Of a DNA stretch of 64,000 bases, positions 54,997 through 63,094 are shown piece by piece. The notes under the pieces were generated by a model. The model was not told the origin of the DNA and did not search any database. It saw only the letters and a list, made by a program, of their open reading frames with translations. Every line of letters begins with the position of its first letter. Positions within the stretch are counted from its first letter, which is position 1. Position numbers and translations under genes: made by a program. Source of the DNA: a virus; the IMG/VR virus record IMGVR_UViG_3300027804_002057, one strand, 5' to 3'.

Positions 54997-57518
54997 TAAA
55001 ATGAAAAGAATTTTTCAGCAGTTTTAGCGGCAGATAGTACCTCACCCCATCCCAATGCTCCATAAAAGTCCTCTAATTTCTTCAATAACTCTCTTTCAAA
55101 GATTTTATCATAATCAATGTATTGAGTTACCAATTCCATAATTTCAGGTGCATCATTATATCCCTTAAATCCAAGTCCTTCCAATCCATATGGATTTTGT
55201 TTTAGATACACCCATTTAATCTTGTCACCATCTCTCATTGGTTCGTATTTAGATGGGCATTTAAAGTGTACCAACAATTGATTGTGAGCAATTGCTGCTT
55301 TAACGTGAGCCGGAGTACCAGATGCAAATTGGAACATTGCCGTTTGGTCTTTTTTCTTTGGAAGATATTTAGATAATTCTTTTACAGCCGAGTTCTTAGC
55401 AATTGAAGTTACATCCATAGTTACCAATGCTTTTTTGAAAGCCTGTATCTTATCGGTTAGTATTTCTTCATTATCACCTTTTAGAATTTGAATAAGAACC
55501 TCACCCATAAATTTACGGAACTCAGCTGGATATGATGAACGAACTACGTCCAACCCTTTAACATCCAATCTATCCATTGGAATACCATTCTCAGCCACAA
55601 TCCATTGAGCGTATCTTTTCTTAGCAATCCAAATACCACTTCGAGATACGAACTCTTTCTTAATTTGGAATCTATGTTTTTCTTTTGCTACATTGAATAT
55701 TTTTTCAGCCAACACATCATAAAAATTATTTAAGAAGTCTTGCGTTTCACCAGCAATACTATCTACTAATTTGGCAATTTCCGAATCTTCTTTTGTTTTC
55801 CAATCAGGGAATCTATGGTCTAAGATAGGTACTGCTGAAAAGAATACTGAATCCGTATCAATGTAAATGTTGTAATCACCACCTTTAGTTCCTAACTCTT
55901 TGTTGTACTTAATGTTAGCCATATCCGCAGTTGATTTAATTACGGTCTGACCTGTTAGTGTTACAGCCTCAGCGTTATCCACATCATAGAATCGGAATGC
56001 CGGCAAACCTAACACACCATAAAGAGAGTTCAATAAGATTTTTTGTACCAACTGTCTTTTCTTATAGAATGCGTACTTCTCTTTGTCACCAGCTTCACCA
56101 AACTTCTTCTCCAACTTACGGAACTCAACACGCTGATTAAACCATAAATCCAAAATATCAGGGATACAGCCGGGCTTATCGGTTTTATATAGAACACCAT
56201 TTGATGCTACCGAACATTTAGCTTCTTCAAATAGTTTCTTTAAGTTTTCTTTTGTGATTTGTCTATCACCAATTGTGTACATATCCACTTCACCCTTCAT
56301 AAACTTTTGTGCATCCCAATCGTTAATCTTACCAATCTTAGTTTCGGGACTGATGTTTACAGTCATAATGATTGATGGATATAGTGAAGTTAAGTCCAAG
56401 TCATAAATCCAATCGTATTTACCAACAATAGGTGCCTTTACATAAGCTCCAATGAATTTTTCTTCATTGTTCTCTCTAATGGCTTCCATACGTTCTTGTC
56501 TATCCGCAGGTTTGTTTGGTGCTACAATGTTCTTACGTTTAAGGTAAGTAAGCATTGCACCTTCTAAATATTTAGATGAATAAACAAAATCTTCATAAGG
56601 AACATGTCCAGCGTGACATATACCTCTACACAAATCAATGAATTGTAATTTTCTATCTAATGAAACTACCAGGTCAACGTCAATCAAGTTATACTCAATA
56701 AACTTTTCAATATCATCTTTGAATAATTGGTCCAAATTACCTTTGTATTCAATCTTACCTCTACCCAATTCTTTCATAGCGATACTATCCAAACGATAGT
56801 TATCCAATTCTGAATATGTGTATGTACGATATAATTGTAAGTAGTCCAAATAAGATACACCTGCCATAAAGAATCTCTTACGATATGGTGACCAAAAACA
56901 CTCACCAATTGGAGATAATCTATTAGCGTGCTTAGCACCTAATAATCTTTTAATACGATTGTACAAATACGGAGTATCGAAATAATCAATGTTCCAACCA
57001 GTTACAATTGTTGGATTAATCATTTCGTATAAATCTAAATACTTTAGAATCATATCCCTTTCATCTCTAAAAGGAATTACAGTTCTATTACCGGTATTAC
57101 TTTCTTTCATCTTACCGGCTTTATCCATAATCAATACCCAAAAATGGTCAGTAGCTGAATCATGCAAACCTATCGCTGTTAATTCATTCTCTGATTTTTC
57201 AACATCAGGTAATCCACTTTCCATCTCAACCTCAATATCGTATGTAAGTGTAATGTGGCCTTCAGATGGTATATCCGAATCGGTATATGTATCAACTAAT
57301 ACTCTTGTTGTTTCAGGTACATCGGATTCAAATAAATCCGGGTCATCTTTTTTAAATTTGAATATCTTAGTAAGCTTATCACCATAAAGAGAAGTGTATT
57401 CACCTCTATCTGCTTTTTCGTAAGCATATCTACTATAAGGGAAAGTGCGGTATCCCAATTTATCATCCCAAATATGCACTAAATTCTTTTCTCTTTGATA
57501 ATAACAATTCTGATACAT
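54996..57518 (-). CDS. Family B DNA polymerase (T4 gp43-like)
   Basis: YDIE, GWNIDYFD, YNLID exonuclease motifs; DLTSLYPS, KILLNSLYG, YIDTDS, KKRY. Confidence 0.97.
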   Translation of the reverse strand: MYQNCYYQREKNLVHIWDDKLGYRTFPYSRYAYEKADRGEYTSLYGDKLTKIFKFKKDDPDLFESDVPETTRVLVDTYTDSDIPSEGHITLTYDIEVEMESGLPDVEKSENELTAIGLHDSATDHFWVLIMDKAGKMKESNTGNRTVIPFRDERDMILKYLDLYEMINPTIVTGWNIDYFDTPYLYNRIKRLLGAKHANRLSPIGECFWSPYRKRFFMAGVSYLDYLQLYRTYTYSELDNYRLDSIAMKELGRGKIEYKGNLDQLFKDDIEKFIEYNLIDVDLVVSLDRKLQFIDLCRGICHAGHVPYEDFVYSSKYLEGAMLTYLKRKNIVAPNKPADRQERMEAIRENNEEKFIGAYVKAPIVGKYDWIYDLDLTSLYPSIIMTVNISPETKIGKINDWDAQKFMKGEVDMYTIGDRQITKENLKKLFEEAKCSVASNGVLYKTDKPGCIPDILDLWFNQRVEFRKLEKKFGEAGDKEKYAFYKKRQLVQKILLNSLYGVLGLPAFRFYDVDNAEAVTLTGQTVIKSTADMANIKYNKELGTKGGDYNIYIDTDSVFFSAVPILDHRFPDWKTKEDSEIAKLVDSIAGETQDFLNNFYDVLAEKIFNVAKEKHRFQIKKEFVSRSGIWIAKKRYAQWIVAENGIPMDRLDVKGLDVVRSSYPAEFRKFMGEVLIQILKGDNEEILTDKIQAFKKALVTMDVTSIAKNSAVKELSKYLPKKKDQTAMFQFASGTPAHVKAAIAHNQLLVHFKCPSKYEPMRDGDKIKWVYLKQNPYGLEGLGFKGYNDAPEIMELVTQYIDYDKIFERELLKKLEDFYGALGWGEVLSAAKTAEKFFSF

Positions 57519-58664
57519 CTATTCACTTAATTTTTTATGTAATACTGAAAACATTTTTGTATCGTTTTCTGATAATTCGTTTGCTCTTTTTAATGCTGCC
57601 AATTCCCTCTCACTTCTATAAGTATCGTCATCTAATATCTTATCAAGTAATTCAAACAATTCTTTTTGGTTATTAAAAAACATACCATTCGGTTCTATTT
57701 CTCTATAACAATCTGAATTATGAAATATCATTGGAGTTCCATTCATCATACAATCCGTTGCAGACACACTCCATCCATAATTTGTTTGTAATGGTTGTAT
57801 TCCAACTTTACATAATTGTAATTTTTCATAGTATGCTTGCTTTGATGCCTCTTTTGTTGTATCAAACCAAGGTAACTTTTTATCCTTATGTTGATATTGT
57901 GGCACCCATACTTTAAAATCTTGTCTATGTTTTTTGTAAGCTTCCATATAACCAACAAACTTATTATAGTTTTTATATCCAGCCGTTCTATGATTGAATA
58001 CAATTATGTTATGCTTATTTGGATTTGGTTGTGATATAATTTTATCTTTCATCACTCCCAAATTCCAAACACATAGTTTTTCATTCAATTTGTTTAAAAC
58101 ATCATCACTAAACCATTGCTTTGCTTCTTCAATAACTTTGTTCTTTTGGTCTTGTGTATTGATAAAGCAAGTATCCATTTGTAGTACACCCAATATTTCG
58201 TTGGGTAACCAAAGTTCTTTTGCTTTACCAGGTCTATTATCTACACCATTACAATAACTCATCTCCCACCAATGACAATAACCAATTATTTTTGTATCAA
58301 CAGTTTTCTTATATCTACCCACCACATTCCAATCAGGCAGATGCGAATAGATAATATCATAATCTGTATTCTTTAACACACCAACTAATTCTTCTGATGG
58401 GAAACATCTCTGATTCATCATATCGCCAGGTATAGGGACTTCAATTTGCTTAACGTTATCTAACATATTAAGCTTTGCACATACATTACCTTTTGGCATT
58501 ACTACATACCAAAAATATTCACCATAATTCTTTAAGGCATTAACGTGATTGAAAAGGACATCCACAAAGGAGTCCTTTTCAATATTTGAGTAGTTAGTAA
58601 TATTTGGTATCACTAATACTTTTCTTGCCGTATGGTAATTAACAGTTGTTTCCCAAAATGACAT
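57519..58664 (-). CDS. GT-B glycosyltransferase next to PolB (candidate DNA glycosyltransferase)
   Basis: YDIIYSHLPDW, IVFNHR, YGWSVSATDCMMNGTP; sits in replication operon apart from glycan genes. Confidence 0.7.
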   Translation of the reverse strand: MSFWETTVNYHTARKVLVIPNITNYSNIEKDSFVDVLFNHVNALKNYGEYFWYVVMPKGNVCAKLNMLDNVKQIEVPIPGDMMNQRCFPSEELVGVLKNTDYDIIYSHLPDWNVVGRYKKTVDTKIIGYCHWWEMSYCNGVDNRPGKAKELWLPNEILGVLQMDTCFINTQDQKNKVIEEAKQWFSDDVLNKLNEKLCVWNLGVMKDKIISQPNPNKHNIIVFNHRTAGYKNYNKFVGYMEAYKKHRQDFKVWVPQYQHKDKKLPWFDTTKEASKQAYYEKLQLCKVGIQPLQTNYGWSVSATDCMMNGTPMIFHNSDCYREIEPNGMFFNNQKELFELLDKILDDDTYRSERELAALKRANELSENDTKMFSVLHKKLSE

Positions 58665-58674
58665 TTAATTTAAT

Positions 58675-60366
58675 TTATTTGTTAGTGAACAACATACCCG
58701 CCACCATTCTAATTTCATCAGGTGTCAATGCAGTTGTTCTATTATCTACATCTAATATATCTAATAAACTTTGTGTTTTACTATACTTTACAAGTTTACA
58801 TACATACTTAACATCATCAGCATCACATCCTGCTGATTTGTTTCGGTTTACTTCATTTAGTATTAATTGACCATTGTACACTTCAGTAGGTCCACCATAA
58901 GTGTATGCTATAATGTGGTCAGCTCTCCATTCTGATTGTGGATAGTCACTAAGTTTCTTACCGGTCTTTCTACATAATCCATTTTGGATAGTATATAATT
59001 CATCTCTTTGTTGCTGAGAGAATTCTCTTGGATTTTTGTTTGCTTTTGAGAATCCCCAGCTTTCAAAGTCAAAACCATCTAATAGTGGCATCAGAGTAAA
59101 CTCCAAGTCATCTATACGAGCACCACCATTGAATACAGAGCGGTATCCATATTCCTCACCTTTGTTTACTTTCTTAGATGTGGTTTTTTTAACCATCCTA
59201 CCATCAGAATCAATAGATTCATATCTTTGGTGCGGATTATGTTTGAAACTCTTTTTACCAGCAAAGAGTGTAATTCTATCTCTAAGTGTTTCTAAGAATT
59301 TTGCTGAATTGAAGTTCTTATCCAATACTTGCCAATTTTGGTTAATCAATCCTATTTCATATATTAGGCAGAATACCTTTTTAATGTTACCTTTCTTCCA
59401 ATTTTGTTTTGCACCAATTTTACCAGTTCTTACAACTCTATCTGTCATAGATAGAATTATCTCAAGATTTTTAATGAATTGGATACCTTCTTTTATTGTA
59501 AGGAATTCATTAAATTCTTCACTCCTATACATTTCCTCTAACGGACCTGCCGTAGAATCTAAACCGGTACATTCGTTACTTGTAAACCCACCTTGCTTCA
59601 TATACAACATACACAATGAAACAATCTCATCGGTTTCTCTTTTTGTTGTTTTCAACCCAATATGGGCCAACTTTTGGCCTACTTTTTCGGAAAGGAATTT
59701 GAAGGCTTCACTACTATCTACTGCTCCATATTTTCTACATAAGTCTGAAACATATGAATTGATTGCGTTTCTCTTATCCGCTGCACTCATATCGTGCAAA
59801 TCGTTTAGTGTTAGGAATATATCTTCCGCCTCATCATCAGATATATTTGAATGTATTGTTAAATCGAAGTATATACTTGTTTGGTATATTTCTTCCAATT
59901 CAGAATGTTTATCGGTAATTTGTTTCCAGCTCATATCACTCAAGTCATATTCGGTTTCAATTCCAGTTTCAGAATTTACCAATGTGATGATTAAGTTTTT
60001 TGGAGTTCTAATTTTGTTTGTGAAGAACGCCAGAATAGTTCTGGAACGATGCCCACCATCCAATATTTCGTAGAATCCATCTTGAGTTAATCTAAGATGA
60101 ATTTTTTGGAATGGTTTAAGTTTTAATACATCTCCTATAAGATGTTGTTGCCATATTTCACCAGTTCCCCACGCCACATCTACATAGTGGTAAGGTCTTT
60201 GGAATTTTGGAGATGGGTTGATTTTACCCTGATGATAATAATCAAGGAATTTTCTTAGAGTCCAATATTGGTTTTGGATGTTTGAGTGCTTTTCTAAATA
60301 CACTCTTTTGAATTCGTTAATGGTTGCGAATCTGATTGCACCATCAAGTAATGGTTGATTACTCAT
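58675..60366 (-). CDS. DUF262 (ParB-like) plus C-terminal HNH protein, GmrSD/SspE-like nuclease
   Basis: PKFQRPY, ILDGGHRS, FLTLN DUF262 motifs; ADHIIAYTYGGPT..NGQLI...NRNKS HNH. Confidence 0.8.
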   Translation of the reverse strand: MSNQPLLDGAIRFATINEFKRVYLEKHSNIQNQYWTLRKFLDYYHQGKINPSPKFQRPYHYVDVAWGTGEIWQQHLIGDVLKLKPFQKIHLRLTQDGFYEILDGGHRSRTILAFFTNKIRTPKNLIITLVNSETGIETEYDLSDMSWKQITDKHSELEEIYQTSIYFDLTIHSNISDDEAEDIFLTLNDLHDMSAADKRNAINSYVSDLCRKYGAVDSSEAFKFLSEKVGQKLAHIGLKTTKRETDEIVSLCMLYMKQGGFTSNECTGLDSTAGPLEEMYRSEEFNEFLTIKEGIQFIKNLEIILSMTDRVVRTGKIGAKQNWKKGNIKKVFCLIYEIGLINQNWQVLDKNFNSAKFLETLRDRITLFAGKKSFKHNPHQRYESIDSDGRMVKKTTSKKVNKGEEYGYRSVFNGGARIDDLEFTLMPLLDGFDFESWGFSKANKNPREFSQQQRDELYTIQNGLCRKTGKKLSDYPQSEWRADHIIAYTYGGPTEVYNGQLILNEVNRNKSAGCDADDVKYVCKLVKYSKTQSLLDILDVDNRTTALTPDEIRMVAGMLFTNK

Positions 60367-60481
60367 AAATAATTTGGTTTACCTATACACCATTTCAAGG
60401 TTTTAGTTGGTTGCTGCTACCTTTTTGTTTTAATTGTAAAGTATTTGCATCAGCATTACAAATACCTTTTGTTTGTAAATA

Positions 60482-60513
60482 CAAATATACGAAGATTTTT
60501 TGATATGGCCAAA
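60482..60513 (-). promoter_or_regulatory. Bacteroidota primary-sigma promoter (-33/-7)
   Basis: TTTG-N20-TATATTTG; heads DUF262-HNH / GT / PolB unit. Confidence 0.8.
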
Positions 60514-60532
60514 CTTTTTTAGTACTTTTTTC

Positions 60533-60557
60533 TAACTTATTGATTATCAATGAGTTA
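60533..60557. promoter_or_regulatory. 25-bp palindromic operator-like site
   Basis: TAACTTATTGATTATCAATGAGTTA; same motif and same offset from promoter as 191-215. Confidence 0.7.
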
Positions 60558-60561
60558 CATA

Positions 60562-61362
60562 TTACCAAAAATTGGCCGCACCTTCTGGTGCTTCGTATGT
60601 AGTTAGGTGATGTACTATTTCTGTATTAAAAGATGCCGTATCTTTTGGGTAAGGTTTGATTTCATGCTTTAATCGTTTCATCAAATCCTTCTTTTCTTTT
60701 TTATCTTGCGCAAGTATCTGAACATATCTATGCTTTGGTGGTTCTTCCCTTCTCCAAAACTCTTTATATCCTTGCTTACCAATTTCTAATTTCAAATGGT
60801 CTAAGTTACCACTACCCCACATTGAGAATACTGTCCTACTATGAATCCATTGATAAGGGTCTTTGTGTAATGATATACCCCAGTTTGGCATCAATGCAAT
60901 ATCCGTAGATAATCCCTGATAAATCCAATTGGTGGCTTGATAGATTCCACCCAAATGCGATTGTCCATTATCAGCGTATGAAAGTAATACCTTTATATTT
61001 TTATCGTGCTCTTTTAACCATTTGAAAGATTGTCCTAATGCATATGATTCAATATTAGAACCATAACCATCATCACAATATAATCGTGTCAATTCTAAAA
61101 TGTTATCTTTGGTTAAACCTTCACAAATAGAAGTTGATGCTTTTGCTCCAACTGGGAAACCATAGATTAAACAACCTATAAGTTTATCACCATCAAAGGT
61201 ATTTGCATCTTCTGATTTGTAATATATTCCAATTGCATATCTACAAGCTGTCCAAGCATGAGTATAATGTTTCTTTACAATCATATCTTTAGCAATACTC
61301 TTTGCTATTGGTGCTACATACACTTTGGATACATCACAATAATTTTTACCTTCTACTTTCAT
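60562..61362 (-). CDS. Mom-like (GNAT-fold) DNA modification protein, paralogue A
   Basis: KKHY, ILELTRL, LLSYADNGQSHLGGIYQATNWIYQG, KHRYV, PYPK. Confidence 0.8.
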   Translation of the reverse strand: MKVEGKNYCDVSKVYVAPIAKSIAKDMIVKKHYTHAWTACRYAIGIYYKSEDANTFDGDKLIGCLIYGFPVGAKASTSICEGLTKDNILELTRLYCDDGYGSNIESYALGQSFKWLKEHDKNIKVLLSYADNGQSHLGGIYQATNWIYQGLSTDIALMPNWGISLHKDPYQWIHSRTVFSMWGSGNLDHLKLEIGKQGYKEFWRREEPPKHRYVQILAQDKKEKKDLMKRLKHEIKPYPKDTASFNTEIVHHLTTYEAPEGAANFW

Positions 61363-61365
61363 ATT

Positions 61366-61620
61366 TTACCAGTACTTTTTACCATCTTTTTTAGCCTGCT
61401 TAGCTTTCTCTAATACCGATAATGATTTTGCCAACTTAGCTTCCTTTTGTTGTTTCTTCATCATCTTATCATAGCCGGCTGGGAATTTGTTTGTTACTTC
61501 TATCGGCCCATTCGGAAATTTATCTAAATCATATTTCCATGTAGATTCAGTACCATCATCATCTATATAAACATGCTGAAACTTACGTGGTTTTTCCGGT
61601 GGTGTTTTAGATACTGCCAT
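61366..61620 (-). CDS. Hypothetical protein
   Basis: ORF behind its own promoter, between Mom paralogues. Confidence 0.65.
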   Translation of the reverse strand: MAVSKTPPEKPRKFQHVYIDDDGTESTWKYDLDKFPNGPIEVTNKFPAGYDKMMKKQQKEAKLAKSLSVLEKAKQAKKDGKKYW

Positions 61621-61634
61621 AACATAATTTTATA

Positions 61635-61666
61635 CAAATATACGAAATTATTTTGAATCTACCAAA
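61635..61666 (-). promoter_or_regulatory. Bacteroidota primary-sigma promoter (-33/-7)
   Basis: TTTG-N20-TATATTTG overlapping 3' end of upstream gene. Confidence 0.75.
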
Positions 61667-62421
61667 TCTATCGGGTCCATTCTATGAACCTCATCAATAA
61701 TATCTAATTCCACCTTTGGATAGGGGAATACCTCATGTTTAAGCGATTTTAAGAGTGCTTTACGCTCCTTCTTATCTTTTGTAAGGATATACACATATCG
61801 GTGCTTACGGGGTTCTCTTTTAATCCAGAATGGGCTTGTAACCATTGTCTGAATTATCTTTGGGTCATTCGTTCCGTACTTCACATAGGATGTTCGAGAA
61901 TGATGCCATTCATCATCTTCACTCCATTTGAAAGACCAACTATCTGACCATCTGATTTTATTACCTTGATATATCCAATTGGTAGCTTGATATACCGTTC
62001 CTAAGTGCCCAGCGTTTGGGTCTGAATAAGATATAAGTGCTTTGATACGAGGTACATTAGTTCTTAACCATTCGAAAGTTTGTCCAACGAACCAACTTTC
62101 AATGTTACTACCATATCCATCGAATACGAATAATCTTGTCAATTCTAATACACCATCTCTAGGAAGTAATTCGGAAATTGATGCTCCGGCATTTCTACCA
62201 ACCGGGTCACCATAACAGGCTACACCAACTAATTGCTCATTCACTCCACTAAAGAATGAATGCTCATCATCGGAAAGATAAAATAAGCCTATGGCAAAGG
62301 ATACCTTTGTCCATATCCCACTGTAATGGTTATTGACAATAATATCCTTTGCAATATTCTTATTGATTTCTCTTATTGAGAATTTGGATGTATCACAATA
62401 TTGTTTACCTTCTACTTTCAT
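61648..62421 (-). CDS. Mom-like (GNAT-fold) DNA modification protein, paralogue B
   Basis: NNHYSG, VLELTRL, LISYSDPNAGHLGTVYQATNWIYQG, KHRYV, PYPK. Confidence 0.8.
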   Translation of the reverse strand: MKVEGKQYCDTSKFSIREINKNIAKDIIVNNHYSGIWTKVSFAIGLFYLSDDEHSFFSGVNEQLVGVACYGDPVGRNAGASISELLPRDGVLELTRLFVFDGYGSNIESWFVGQTFEWLRTNVPRIKALISYSDPNAGHLGTVYQATNWIYQGNKIRWSDSWSFKWSEDDEWHHSRTSYVKYGTNDPKIIQTMVTSPFWIKREPRKHRYVYILTKDKKERKALLKSLKHEVFPYPKVELDIIDEVHRMDPIDLVDSK

Positions 62422-62621
62422 AGACTACCAGACCAAAATTCGTTTAAATGTGCCCAAGTTTTACGTTGAACAATTTTAATCACATTGGCCGGCGAAACTT
62501 TATTGTTACGGGCAATCACCTTTACATTTCGGTGTCCCATATTCCATAATCTTCTGATGTTTAGAACTTGCTCATCTGTCAGTTTAGCGGCAGGATGAGT
62601 TTGCCCTCTTAAAATAGCCAT
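62418..62621 (-). CDS. Stand-alone HTH protein resembling C-terminal DNA-binding domain of HNH homing endonucleases
   Basis: RGQTHPAAKLTDEQVLNIR...IARNNKVSPANVIKIVQRKTWAH. Confidence 0.7.
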   Translation of the reverse strand: MAILRGQTHPAAKLTDEQVLNIRRLWNMGHRNVKVIARNNKVSPANVIKIVQRKTWAHLNEFWSGSL

Positions 62622-62643
62622 GTAACCTTTATTATTAATTTAT

Positions 62644-62913
62644 TTATTTCAATGCTTCGTTGATAGCATTTGTATATGCTAACTTAGATGATAATCCTTG
62701 AAATCTTTCAACAACCACACCATCTTTTTCAACCACAACTACTGGAATTGAAGTTATTTTGTATTGCTGAGTTTCTTCAGGTGAATTATCAACATTATAT
62801 TCCGTATATGTTATTTTTCCTTCAAACTCTTTTACTATACTTTCCAACACAGGTTTTAGTGCTCTACAAGGACCACACCAATCTGCTCCAAATTTTTTAA
62901 CTACTACGCTCAT
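62644..62913 (-). CDS. trxA: Thioredoxin
   Basis: ADWCGPC active site, SIP cis-Pro motif. Confidence 0.93.
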   Translation of the reverse strand: MSVVVKKFGADWCGPCRALKPVLESIVKEFEGKITYTEYNVDNSPEETQQYKITSIPVVVVEKDGVVVERFQGLSSKLAYTNAINEALK

Positions 62914-63094
62914 CTTTTAAAGATTTAAATTGTTTTTCTAATTTTATGTTTCCAGCTTCATGCTTTGGTTCGTAAGGACAGTGTCTACATCCACTCCCAC
63001 AACAATGCCCACGCTCGATATGGTATTGCGGTGTAAACACTATCTTACTACCTTCAAAGTAATACAGCTCCTCTCTTTGTTTATTTAACTTCAC
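62897..63094 (-). CDS. DUF5522 family Cys-rich protein
   Basis: RGHCCGSGCRHCPY; probable GTG start at 63094. Confidence 0.75.
   Translation of the reverse strand: MKLNKQREELYYFEGSKIVFTPQYHIERGHCCGSGCRHCPYEPKHEAGNIKLEKQFKSLKDERSS

Noticed and set aside
59036-60073. 345-aa plus-strand ORF antisense to DUF262-HNH
   Set aside because: Lies in an antisense register where stops are rare; Ser/Leu/Phe-rich without motifs; no plus-strand genes elsewhere
786-62900. Remaining short plus-strand ORFs in the track
   Set aside because: All overlap well-supported minus-strand genes and lack recognisable motifs
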